IMG/VR virus record: IMGVR_UViG_3300008259_000247 | Coordinates: 1 to 38,745 of that record | DNA length: 38,745 nucleotides | Origin: a virus | Taxonomy: Duplodnaviria; Caudoviricetes | Strand: one strand, 5' to 3' | Shown: positions 26,162-35,773 of the stretch, in pieces | Layout of the letters: each line of letters begins with the position of its first letter | Position numbering within the stretch: position 1 is the first letter of the stretch | The notes under the pieces: model-generated | The model's input: the letters and a program-made list of their open reading frames with translations, nothing else | Database searches by the model: none | Told to the model about the DNA's origin: nothing | Made by a program: the position numbers and the translations under genes

Positions 26162-29100
26162 ATGGCAGAAAAGGTAATAGGTTTTAAGATACAGATTGAA
26201 GGTCTTGCGGGAACAATCGAAACGGCAACGGAATTAAAAAAAGCCATAGCGCAAGTAAACGCTGAGTTGAAAAAAACTGGCGATACTAATGAGATTAAGA
26301 AGTTAGAAAAACAACTTGTTGATTTAAAAGCCGCTCAATCTCTTGTCAATGACATAACAAAGGAACAAATAAAGTTAAGGAAGGAAGAACTTAATGCAAC
26401 AGATAAATCAGAAGGGGCTTATCGCCGTTTGTCAAAACAATTAAACGACCAGCGTAATCGATACAAAGACCTTGCCGCAGCGGAACAGGAATCAACTCAG
26501 GAAGCTAAGGATTTATTAATTTCCATTGACGCCTTAGATAAAAAATTAAAAGGCATTGACGCAACCGTGGGACAATTTCAAAGAAATGTTGGCGGTTACA
26601 CTCAGGCACTGGGTCAATTCTTCCCAAAACTTGGCGGAACGGTTGGTCAGGTAACTGGCTTAATAGGTGATTTGTCAAGTGGATTTGCAAATCTTAAAGG
26701 CGTGTCTGGTGGCATACCAAAAGGCTTAGGGGCTATTGGTATTGCCTTAACTGCCTTTCAAGGGATATCCTCAATTTTTTCAGATTTATCACAGGCGGCA
26801 AATGAATTAAGAAATGTCAGTAATAATATATCAAATTTTGTTCAAGTAACCGACGAGCAATTAACAAGTTTAGCGGTAAAGACTAAAACAATAGCTGACA
26901 CTTACGGTAAAGATGTAAACGAAATATCAAGAGCAGCCAACACGGTATCAAAAGAATTAAACGTTTCTTTTTCTGAAGCTTTAGATAATATTGAAATTGG
27001 TTTTCGAAAAGGAGCAGACGCAAACAATGAATTTTTAGACAACCTTAGGGAATACCCAGCGCAATTTGCAGCCGCTGGTTTAAGTATTAAACAATATTTA
27101 GCCGTTGCTATTGCAGCAACAAATCAAGGTATATATTCTGATAAAGGTTTAGACGTAGTTAAGGAATTTGGTTTAAGAATAAGAGAACAAACCAAAACAA
27201 CCAAAGACGCATTGATTGATGCTTTTGGTGAAGATTTTAGTAATTCTATATTTAACTCATTAAATGACGGTTCTATTTCAACGGCAGACGCTTTGGCAAG
27301 AATTACAGACAAAATGGGGGAAACTGGACTTGCTGGGAATAAATTACAAACGGTAATTGCCGACGTATTTGGTGCGGCTGGTGAAGATGCTGGTTTAAAA
27401 TTTATATTATCATTAAAAGATGTAATTAAAAATTCAGCAGATGTTGATAAAAATTTAACTAAACAACAAAAAAGTACAGACGAATTATATAATGCTAATT
27501 TACAATTAGCCGAAAGTCAGGCTAAAGCAAATTTAGCTATTGCGGATACCTCAAAGCAATTAAGTTTAGCCACTACAAAAGCAAAAATTTATTTTAATGA
27601 AGTCATAGCAAGTGTATTTGCCGCAAATGATGCAGTTGATAAAGCAGCGCCAAAACTTGGGTCAGTTGCAAGCATGAGTTTTGGAAGTACAACTTTAGCA
27701 AGTATTGAAAGCAATATTAAACAAAGTGAAAGATTTGTAAAAAAAGTTGAGGACGATAGGAAAAAGAAAGCAAATGAGGCTGCAATTGCGGAACAAAAAA
27801 TTAAAGATGCAAATAAAAAAGCACAAGATGATTTTAAAAAGGCACAACTTGAGAAAATTGCATTATTAAAAACGGAAGGCGGCATTGAAGCAGAGTTGTC
27901 AAAATTGCAAGACAAGAGAAAAACATTAGCTTTTGATTCTAAGCAATTTAAACAAATCGACATTGAAATTAAAAAACTTGAAAAGGAATTAGAAAAATTT
28001 GACCCGAAAGAACCCGCGGCAAAAGGTGGAGAAAAATTTGTTAAATCATTTGCTGAAGGTTCTCTTGCAGCCCTTGAGGAAAAACGCGGAGAATTACAAA
28101 CGGCTTTTTCCAATGCCGTGGTTAGCTCAGATACGCAAAAAGAAATAGCAGTAAAATTAAACGAGGTTAACGCCCAGATTAAAACGGCGGTTGATATTCA
28201 AAACGAAATTCTTGGCAAGTCAGATGAGGAAAAGAAAAAAATTGCTATTGACAATATAAACCAGAATTTTAAAGTTGCGCAATCAGTTATTGAACTTGAA
28301 AGAATAAAATCAGATTCATCTTTAAGTGAAATTGAGGACATAAAAGAAAAGCGCTTTATTCTTAATGATGATTATAACGCTAATATCCAAAGATTAGATT
28401 CTTTATTAGCGCTTGAAAAACAAGGCTCAATAGAGGCTCAAAATATTTTAATAGAAAGACAAGCGGCTGAGGCAAATTATATTAAAAGCAAAGCAGATTT
28501 ACAAAAGCAAGAAAAGCAAATATATGATAATAGAATAGCCGCAGAAAAGAAGTTTAGTCAAACAATCAAACAATTAGAAATTGATTCTATTAAAGATGAA
28601 ACGCAAAGGCAAATTGCATCAATAAAAAATAAGTTAGACAATGACCTTGAAAACCTTGAAAAGGATAAGGATTTTATTTTGCTTGCAGAACTTGAAAAAG
28701 CAAAGTTAAGAAAGTTACTGATTGATAAAACAGATAAAGAAATACAGGCTATAATCGACAAAAAAGAACAAGACGAAAACACTAAAAGAAAAGAAAATGC
28801 TCAAAAATTAATTGATTCAATCGGCGATTCTATACTTTCGGTTACTGAGCTTATTTCAAGTTTCCAAAAGGCGCGCGCGGAAAAGGAAGCCGAGGCAATT
28901 AATGAGCAAATAACCAACACGGAAAATAACATTGCAGACCTTGAGGCAAAGGCAGAAAAAGCATCTGGAATAAGAAAGAAAAGAATTGAAAGGGATATTG
29001 CAAATCAAAAGATTTTACTTGAGCAACAACAAGCCGAAGCAGAAGCCATACGATTAAAGGCAGCGAAAGAGGATAAGAAGATTGCCATTATTCAAGCAAT

Positions 29101-29611
29101 TATTCAAGGCGCTTTAGCGGTTCAAAGGGCGTTGGCTTCCGTGCCTTTCCCAGCAAATTTACTTGCAGCCATTCCGACGGGTATTGCAGCCGCCGCTCAG
29201 ATAGCAACCATAGCAGCCCAGCCTCTTGCTGAGGGTGGCGTTGTAACTGGGCAACGGGTAAATCAAAAACAAAATATACCTACCCGTTCAAACGGTGATA
29301 ACGTACTTGCCTATGTGAAACGTGGTGAGGTTGTGTTGAACCAACGCCAACAAAGTTTATTAGGCGGTTCGCCTACCTTTAGGCGTATCGGAATCAAAGG
29401 GTTTGCGGACGGTGGAATTGTCCCGCCAATATCTGCACCTTTATCAGCCATTTCAAGCGACAACGGGTTAAGCAAATACCTACAAGTAATTGAAGCAAAG
29501 ACCGACGCTATAAACAATCGAATCGACCGATTGCAAGCCTATGTTGTTTCCGATGATATAGCAAGAGATTTGGCTGAAGGAAATAAGTTAAAAGTCAAAG
29601 CAACTTTATAA
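26162..29611 (+). CDS. Tail tape measure protein
   Basis: 1149 aa coiled-coil; FQRNVGGY, LREYP.QF, DKGLDVVKEF and C-terminal AEGG...GEVVLN...GFADGG. Confidence 0.88.
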   Translation: MAEKVIGFKIQIEGLAGTIETATELKKAIAQVNAELKKTGDTNEIKKLEKQLVDLKAAQSLVNDITKEQIKLRKEELNATDKSEGAYRRLSKQLNDQRNRYKDLAAAEQESTQEAKDLLISIDALDKKLKGIDATVGQFQRNVGGYTQALGQFFPKLGGTVGQVTGLIGDLSSGFANLKGVSGGIPKGLGAIGIALTAFQGISSIFSDLSQAANELRNVSNNISNFVQVTDEQLTSLAVKTKTIADTYGKDVNEISRAANTVSKELNVSFSEALDNIEIGFRKGADANNEFLDNLREYPAQFAAAGLSIKQYLAVAIAATNQGIYSDKGLDVVKEFGLRIREQTKTTKDALIDAFGEDFSNSIFNSLNDGSISTADALARITDKMGETGLAGNKLQTVIADVFGAAGEDAGLKFILSLKDVIKNSADVDKNLTKQQKSTDELYNANLQLAESQAKANLAIADTSKQLSLATTKAKIYFNEVIASVFAANDAVDKAAPKLGSVASMSFGSTTLASIESNIKQSERFVKKVEDDRKKKANEAAIAEQKIKDANKKAQDDFKKAQLEKIALLKTEGGIEAELSKLQDKRKTLAFDSKQFKQIDIEIKKLEKELEKFDPKEPAAKGGEKFVKSFAEGSLAALEEKRGELQTAFSNAVVSSDTQKEIAVKLNEVNAQIKTAVDIQNEILGKSDEEKKKIAIDNINQNFKVAQSVIELERIKSDSSLSEIEDIKEKRFILNDDYNANIQRLDSLLALEKQGSIEAQNILIERQAAEANYIKSKADLQKQEKQIYDNRIAAEKKFSQTIKQLEIDSIKDETQRQIASIKNKLDNDLENLEKDKDFILLAELEKAKLRKLLIDKTDKEIQAIIDKKEQDENTKRKENAQKLIDSIGDSILSVTELISSFQKARAEKEAEAINEQITNTENNIADLEAKAEKASGIRKKRIERDIANQKILLEQQQAEAEAIRLKAAKEDKKIAIIQAIIQGALAVQRALASVPFPANLLAAIPTGIAAAAQIATIAAQPLAEGGVVTGQRVNQKQNIPTRSNGDNVLAYVKRGEVVLNQRQQSLLGGSPTFRRIGIKGFADGGIVPPISAPLSAISSDNGLSKYLQVIEAKTDAINNRIDRLQAYVVSDDIARDLAEGNKLKVKATL

Positions 29612-29878
29612 ATGTGTAATTGTATGAAAGTAGATTCTATTTGGGCTGAACTGGCAACCCGTATCCCTGAGGAATATAAGACGCAAGTCATGGCAGCGGT
29701 GGACAGGACTTACCGTGTTTTATCCATTGACCCCGTGGATATGGATTACTTATTTCATATTTATAACAATTTTGTCAACCATTACGAACCCGAAAGAAGG
29801 AATTGCCCAGCGTGTCGGACAAAGGTAGTGGGCAAAATGAGGCAAATCGTACAATACTGGCGCGATGGAAACCAATAA
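29612..29878 (+). CDS. Hypothetical protein with CxC and CxxC motifs
   Basis: MCNC...NCPACR, possible zinc binding. Confidence 0.6.
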   Translation: MCNCMKVDSIWAELATRIPEEYKTQVMAAVDRTYRVLSIDPVDMDYLFHIYNNFVNHYEPERRNCPACRTKVVGKMRQIVQYWRDGNQ

Positions 29879-30218
29879 AAGGGAAATAGACAAGCAATTA
29901 TTAATTGAATTTCAAGAAAGCGTCTTGTATAAATTCAAAGCCTTATGCGAAAAGGACGGGATAACGCCCGACTTTTATACCCTGATTGATTTCCTTTTCC
30001 AAACCAACATTATAAAAGATTTAACCATTGCAAAGTTCATGGTAATGGAATTGTATCCAGCGGCATTGTTTGAAAATGAAAGCAAGATGAACGCCATTAT
30101 GGATATAAGCATTAGTACGGGGTTGAGTGAAAAAACCGTGTACAACATGATTCAGCACCCTGAGTCGTTTGGCTATGGAATCAGCAAAAAAAGGAATAAG
30201 AAAAATTATAATAAATAA
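29865..30218 (+). CDS. HTH-containing protein, possible transcription regulator
   Basis: C-terminal AIMDISISTGLSEKTVYNMI helix-turn-helix pattern. Confidence 0.5.
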   Translation: METNKREIDKQLLIEFQESVLYKFKALCEKDGITPDFYTLIDFLFQTNIIKDLTIAKFMVMELYPAALFENESKMNAIMDISISTGLSEKTVYNMIQHPESFGYGISKKRNKKNYNK

Positions 30219-30227
30219 ATTTACATC

Positions 30228-31613
30228 ATGACATACGCTGACTACCCAGACACGGCAAAGAATAACGCAAAGAAAGCGTTACAACACAAGAAGGACAACG
30301 GCTCTTCGTGTGGCACGCGTGTCGGTTGGTTAAGGGCAAATCAAATCGCAAACGGCGAAGGCTTGAGCGAGGATACCGTGCAGCGGACATACTCATTCCT
30401 TTCCCGTGCAGAAGTCTACGACCAAGGCAAATACTTTGACGAAGACGGAAAAGAACTCTGCGGAAGCATCATGTATGACGCTTGGGGCGGTAGTGCGATG
30501 AGGGACTGGGCTGAGGCGAAGTTTAAAAAAATTGAAAGAGAAAAGGAAAGCAAAGCAATGGCGAAATTTAATATTGATATTTTAGGGGAAATTTCTGAAT
30601 CTGTTAATTCGTACACAAAGGTACAAAGAGAAATTAGCAGCGCAATGGGTAAAGAATTAAACTTGGTTATTTCATCTGGTGGTGGCTCAGTCACCGAAGG
30701 AATGGCGATAGCTGATTTGATTACCAATTATCCCGAGGAAACCACGGCAACAGGAATCGGCTTGGTAGCAAGCATTGCAACGGTTGTACTGTTGTCAGCG
30801 GATAAAGTTAAGATGACTGAAAATGCTTTTATGATGATTCACCGACCTTGGAGTTACACGATGGGTAATTCCGACGAACTTGAGGCAACGGCTGAATTGT
30901 TAGACAAAATGGAGGCAAAGTTACTTGACATTTATGCGACATCGGTTAATAAGCGCAGAGGATATCAGAGCAACCTAAAAGAAAATATTACAAAAATGAT
31001 GGCAGCTGAAACATGGCTGACCGCACAAGAGGCTTTAGAATTTGGCTTCATTGATGAAATTGTAAAAGTTGGCGAAAAAAATATTGATTTATTACCGTTG
31101 CAAAATAGCCTCAGCAAGTTCATGAATGTTCCAGCCGCATTATTAACAAATACAAAAAAAGACGATGACATGGGTAATTCCATTTTAGAAAAAATCAAAT
31201 CTTTGCTTAACAATATGGACGAGAAAGAAGAAGTCACAAATATTGTTGAGGAAGAAAAAGTAATTGAAGAAGAGCCAAAAAACGACGAGGTGGAAGTTGC
31301 GATTTCCATGCTTAAAGAAATGGGCTACTTTGTTATGTCGCCTGAGGAAATGGATGCTATTCACACCAAGCAAAAAGAGGAAATGGAATCCATGTACAAA
31401 AAGAGTGATGAGCAAAAGAACTCAATCGGTGAAATCGAAAGCGTTCTCGAAACCTTATCAACCGAACTGGTGGCATTAAGAAACCAAGTAAAAAAAGGCG
31501 TTGGTCTTCCTTCGGGCGGGACAACATCTGAAAAGATTATTGAAACAAAAGCAAAATCGAGTCATTTTGATTCTTTTGCTGGATTAGTTAAAAACAAAAT
31601 TGCACAAAGATAA
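30228..31613 (+). CDS. ClpP-type prohead protease with N-terminal accessory domain and C-terminal scaffold-like region
   Basis: ISSGGGSV.EG, ASIAT (Ser), MIHRP (His) and ETWLTAQEALEFGFIDEI; acidic coiled-coil tail. Confidence 0.9.
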   Translation: MTYADYPDTAKNNAKKALQHKKDNGSSCGTRVGWLRANQIANGEGLSEDTVQRTYSFLSRAEVYDQGKYFDEDGKELCGSIMYDAWGGSAMRDWAEAKFKKIEREKESKAMAKFNIDILGEISESVNSYTKVQREISSAMGKELNLVISSGGGSVTEGMAIADLITNYPEETTATGIGLVASIATVVLLSADKVKMTENAFMMIHRPWSYTMGNSDELEATAELLDKMEAKLLDIYATSVNKRRGYQSNLKENITKMMAAETWLTAQEALEFGFIDEIVKVGEKNIDLLPLQNSLSKFMNVPAALLTNTKKDDDMGNSILEKIKSLLNNMDEKEEVTNIVEEEKVIEEEPKNDEVEVAISMLKEMGYFVMSPEEMDAIHTKQKEEMESMYKKSDEQKNSIGEIESVLETLSTELVALRNQVKKGVGLPSGGTTSEKIIETKAKSSHFDSFAGLVKNKIAQR

Positions 31614-32086
31614 TGGCATTCAATCCAACCGCCCAGAATGTGAACAATTTTGACAACGATAATACATACGTCGGTCAAAATAGTTTAACCAGAACGAACC
31701 CTTACGCGAACGTTGACGGCTTAAATGCTGAAAAGTTGTACGGGGTTGATACCTTTGAAGACCGTATTCCTATTTCCGTGACATACGCAATCGCTTCAGC
31801 GGGTGACAGAACTACGATTACGCCTATTTACGGTGTAACAAGTGCTTCCGATTATTTAAAGTTTAATTTGATTGACGAAAGTGGTAACGAGGCTTATGGA
31901 CGCTGGATATCTTCAGCACCTTCAGCAGCCTTTGATATTACAACAACCGCGTTAAACACGGCAAACGATTGGAAGGCTTTCTTTGCCACGGCTAAGGCTG
32001 GAGCAAAAACCGAGTTCTCATTTAAAATTGAATCGGCAGCGGTGTTGACTAACACGACTGCTACGATTACTTACGCTAACATTTAA
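31613..32086 (+). CDS. Putative head decoration/structural protein
   Basis: Thr/Ala/Asn-rich beta protein between the protease and capsid genes. Confidence 0.5.
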   Translation: MAFNPTAQNVNNFDNDNTYVGQNSLTRTNPYANVDGLNAEKLYGVDTFEDRIPISVTYAIASAGDRTTITPIYGVTSASDYLKFNLIDESGNEAYGRWISSAPSAAFDITTTALNTANDWKAFFATAKAGAKTEFSFKIESAAVLTNTTATITYANI

Positions 32087-32097
32087 AATTAATTAAA

Positions 32098-33081
32098 ATG
32101 CCAATAACAGAGGTAAGCCAATTAGACGTATCGTTCAGAGGTACGGAGGCGAATAACATATTTTTAGAGCCAGTTTTCTTTGATGATGATTTAAGGGGTC
32201 AATTCCGTATCCTTGGAAACGTTGCCAATAAAAAGAAAATGGTTTTCGTTCAGCAACTGGAAAACATTGTAAGAAAATACTCGGGCTGCGGTTTTAACCC
32301 CGTGGGCTCAGTATCTATCTACGATAGAACAATCGACGTTGAAAAGATGAAGGTTGATTTAGAAATGTGCTGGGACGAATTTGAGGACACAGTTTTTGAG
32401 GAGTTGTTGAAAACGGGTACGCGTCTTCCTGATGTTTCGGGCACGTTGATTGAAAATATTCTTTTAACCCGTACACAACAGGCGATTCGTCAAGATGTTC
32501 AGCGTTTAAGCTACTTTGGTCAGCAGTCTTCAAACAATCCAAACTATGATGCTTTAGACGGTCTTTGGACGGTTTATTATCCTCAGTTGGTTACCGATGC
32601 CTTAGTGCCAAGAACTAACACGGGCTCAGGGTCTGACCTTGCTTCGGGTGATGGCTTTGCAATCCTTAGGTCTATTTACGACCAAGCGCCTTTGCAGTTA
32701 AAAGGATTACCAGCGGCGCAAAAGGTGTTCAATGTTACGGGTTCAGTTTACACTCAGCTTCGTGAAGACATTGAGAACGGCGGCGGCGGTGACTACGGTC
32801 TATTGCAGTTAATCAACGGGGTTGAGCAATTTACTTTCCGTGGTGTTCCTGTTGTGGCTCAATGGAGATGGGACGAGATTTTGACTAATCTGGGAACAAC
32901 AAAGCCTCACTATGTGGAATATACAACGCCACAAAACAAGGTACTTGCAACCGATACTTTAAGCCCTGAGACGGCTTTGGAACTTTGGTACGACCAGAAA
33001 GACGAAAAGGTATATATTAAGGCTCGTTTTAAAATGGGTGTTAATTATATTCACCATTCCTTAATCAGCTTAGGCTACTAA
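32098..33081 (+). CDS. Major capsid protein
   Basis: 327 aa after the protease; GCGF.P, E.C..EF and DGL motifs seen in Bacteroidota phage capsid proteins. Confidence 0.8.
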   Translation: MPITEVSQLDVSFRGTEANNIFLEPVFFDDDLRGQFRILGNVANKKKMVFVQQLENIVRKYSGCGFNPVGSVSIYDRTIDVEKMKVDLEMCWDEFEDTVFEELLKTGTRLPDVSGTLIENILLTRTQQAIRQDVQRLSYFGQQSSNNPNYDALDGLWTVYYPQLVTDALVPRTNTGSGSDLASGDGFAILRSIYDQAPLQLKGLPAAQKVFNVTGSVYTQLREDIENGGGGDYGLLQLINGVEQFTFRGVPVVAQWRWDEILTNLGTTKPHYVEYTTPQNKVLATDTLSPETALELWYDQKDEKVYIKARFKMGVNYIHHSLISLGY

Positions 33082-33091
33082 TCCAAAATAA

Positions 33092-33640
33092 ATGAGTAGT
33101 ATAACAAGCGGTTGGCTTAACCAATGCGTCGATGGAACTTGCGCTGGTGGTATCGGTAAACTTTATATTGCGAATGCAAATCAAGTTACGGGTTTCACCG
33201 CCAATGCCACGGCGGCGGTTACGGCAATCACAATGACGTCAACTGCCTCAGTATTTTACGAGGTAGAATTTAGGGACAATTCGGGCGCGTTCACGGAAAC
33301 GGTAACGCAAGACCCAGACACCTTATCGGTTGCCGTTGAGCAAAGTTTAGTTGGTATTATAAATTGTCGCGACCAAGAGTTAAGAAACCTTATCCAAGAT
33401 ATGGCGAATCAGGCTTGCGGCTTGGTTTGTGTACACGTTGAAAATACGGGTAACTATTGGATTTGGGGTGCTGAAACGGTAGGGGCAAAGAAAAGACCAG
33501 CAAGGTTAACAAGTTCAGAAGGCTTGTCAGGTGCTTTGTTTACCGATTCAAACCAAGAAACATTAACCCTTTCTTGCCGTACTACAAACAAAGCGAGATT
33601 TATTGTTGACGGTGCAACCGTGATGGGAGCATTAGATTAA
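33092..33640 (+). CDS. Putative major tail tube protein
   Basis: C..GGIGKLYI, FYEVEF, VENTGNYWIWG and SG...DSN..TLTL pattern. Confidence 0.65.
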   Translation: MSSITSGWLNQCVDGTCAGGIGKLYIANANQVTGFTANATAAVTAITMTSTASVFYEVEFRDNSGAFTETVTQDPDTLSVAVEQSLVGIINCRDQELRNLIQDMANQACGLVCVHVENTGNYWIWGAETVGAKKRPARLTSSEGLSGALFTDSNQETLTLSCRTTNKARFIVDGATVMGALD

Positions 33641-33650
33641 ATAATGAATT

Positions 33651-33875
33651 ATGATAGTTAGAGAAAAAAGTAAGTTGATGATTTACGTTGGGGCTGACCC
33701 AACGGGAAAGGCGGGAATACTTAAGAAGGCTATCGGAGATTTTACACAAGCAGAATTAAGGGGTTGGTATAGTGCCAACCCCGTATCTGTTAGCCAACAC
33801 GTCATTTTTACTCCTGAGAAAAAAACCTATGAGCCAATTAAAGAAGACAATTCAAGCGACACCGAACAGGGCTAA
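33651..33875 (+). CDS. Hypothetical protein
   Basis: 74-aa ORF overlapping the portal start. Confidence 0.55.
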   Translation: MIVREKSKLMIYVGADPTGKAGILKKAIGDFTQAELRGWYSANPVSVSQHVIFTPEKKTYEPIKEDNSSDTEQG

Positions 33876-35259
33876 TCGAAATTTAAAAAGAAATCAAAGC
33901 CCTTTATTGGCTTCGGTGACTTTAGATACCTCTAACACCATGCTTGTTCAAGAGGACATTTTTAATGAACCTTCAAGGGAGCGGCTTGATTTCACGGGGG
34001 CAAAGTGGGTAAGATTTTTTACGCAAAAAGATGACTTTCTTAAAAGTTTAATTGCGATTGTAAATAATTCGCCAACACTAAGGCGTATTATTGAAGATAA
34101 AGTAAACATGGTTGTAGGTGACGGATTTATACCTATGAAAGGGAAATCCAACACTTTGCTTACAACCTCAATGAAAGGCGAAGTAATAACTGACGATAGC
34201 TTAAACGATATTGAGGAAGTTATAGGTCAGGTTAATTTACACAGCCAAAATTTACAAGAAGTTTTAGGTGCTTTGGCTTTTGATTATGATGCTTTTGGTA
34301 ATTGTTTTGCAGAAATTGTAAGGGGAAAGGTTGGCAGTCAACCTTTCACTTACATTTATCACGTTCCCGTATACAACATTGGCATCAGGAAAGCAGAGGC
34401 TGACCAGATTATTCGTTCTATTGGCATTTATGACAACTGGGAAGAAGTCCCGTTGACGACTGAGGGGACGTATTATGAGAATGAGGGCTTTAGGGAAATA
34501 CCGATTTACCCTGAGTTTAAAAAATTAGAGGACGGCACGGAGCGTTCGATTATCCACGTTAAACAATACGCGGCTGGGTATTTTTACTTTGGCTTACCTG
34601 AGTGGATTGGCGCGAAGATGTGGGCTGAAATGGAATACCGTATTCAGCGGTTTAATACCAGTAAATTTGAAAATGGCTTTATGCCTTCGGGTATTTTACA
34701 GTTCTTCGGTTCAATGACGCAGACGGAAGCTAAAAGCCTTGTCGAAGGCATTGAGTCAAAGTTTACAGGTATGGGCAATAATCATAAATTGTTTGTCCAG
34801 ATTTTACGAGATGAAAAATTAAAAGCAAATTGGATACCCACTTCAAAAGAAAACGAGGGCGAATTTCTAAACTTGCAAAACTTGGCAGCCTCAGCGATTG
34901 TCGTGGCTAACCGTTGGTCAAAGTCCTTAGCGGGGTTTGCAACGTCGGGACAACTTGGCACAAATCAGCAGATACGCCAAGAAATGGAATACTTGCAAAA
35001 CACGGTTATCAAGCCACGGCAAAACCTTTTGTTATCTAAAATTATTAACCCCTATTTAAACGAAATAAGCGCTTATAATCCAGCGTTTGTTGATGTTACC
35101 TTTGGCATATCTAACACGTTGCCCGTGTCCTTTATGGGAGATATTGCAGTTGAGCAGAATTTATCAGTTAACGAGAAAAGAGAAATATTAGGTTATGCGC
35201 CTATCGAAATAGAAACAACTACAACCCCAACCAATGAGCCAACTGATACAACCGAGTGA
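33829..35259 (+). CDS. Portal protein
   Basis: SPT..RII..K...V.GDG, DYDAFGN.F.E, YFGLPEW, FENGFMPSG, VIKPRQ and LSVNEKREILGY. Confidence 0.9.
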   Translation: MSQLKKTIQATPNRANRNLKRNQSPLLASVTLDTSNTMLVQEDIFNEPSRERLDFTGAKWVRFFTQKDDFLKSLIAIVNNSPTLRRIIEDKVNMVVGDGFIPMKGKSNTLLTTSMKGEVITDDSLNDIEEVIGQVNLHSQNLQEVLGALAFDYDAFGNCFAEIVRGKVGSQPFTYIYHVPVYNIGIRKAEADQIIRSIGIYDNWEEVPLTTEGTYYENEGFREIPIYPEFKKLEDGTERSIIHVKQYAAGYFYFGLPEWIGAKMWAEMEYRIQRFNTSKFENGFMPSGILQFFGSMTQTEAKSLVEGIESKFTGMGNNHKLFVQILRDEKLKANWIPTSKENEGEFLNLQNLAASAIVVANRWSKSLAGFATSGQLGTNQQIRQEMEYLQNTVIKPRQNLLLSKIINPYLNEISAYNPAFVDVTFGISNTLPVSFMGDIAVEQNLSVNEKREILGYAPIEIETTTTPTNEPTDTTE

Positions 35260-35773
35260 AGTAATAGCTGGCGGCGTGGCACGACCAACCCCAGCGGATA
35301 TAAGAATTGATAAATCACTTATTAGCCCTCACATTCAAGATGCGGAGTACCGTTGGATTGTTCCCGCTATTGGCGTATCGTTTTATGATACATTGGTTGC
35401 AGCCAAAGGAAGTTCAACGGCTTTTAGTTCAACGGCTTACCAGCAACTTTGGGACAGTCAATTAAAATCCTTTTGCGCAAATGCCGTGCTTTACGAGGCG
35501 TCGCCTTATATCGTAATGCAGATGGGTTCAAATGGGCTTTATACCCTTGATAATGAATACGGGCAAAACGTGGGCGTTGAGGGATTGAAATTTTATCAAG
35601 ATACTTTATTGCAAAGGCTTGACGTAAAGAAGAAAAGGATTAAGGATTATTTGTGTTCATGCGCTGCGGGGTTAACGGGATTTGTTTCAACCGCTATTGG
35701 TTGCCCTGATTCAACTTGCGATGAACATGAAGAAATAACAGACATTTACAATACTTTAGGCATTGTGCTATGA
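35234..35773 (+). CDS. Putative head-tail adaptor
   Basis: I.P.IQDAE...I.P.IG..FYD.L pattern; follows the portal gene. Confidence 0.6.
   Translation: MSQLIQPSEVIAGGVARPTPADIRIDKSLISPHIQDAEYRWIVPAIGVSFYDTLVAAKGSSTAFSSTAYQQLWDSQLKSFCANAVLYEASPYIVMQMGSNGLYTLDNEYGQNVGVEGLKFYQDTLLQRLDVKKKRIKDYLCSCAAGLTGFVSTAIGCPDSTCDEHEEITDIYNTLGIVL

Noticed and set aside
27589-28113. 174-aa antisense ORF and the other opposite-strand ORFs in the track
   Set aside because: Shadows of well-supported genes, with low-complexity Phe/Ser/Leu composition and no motifs
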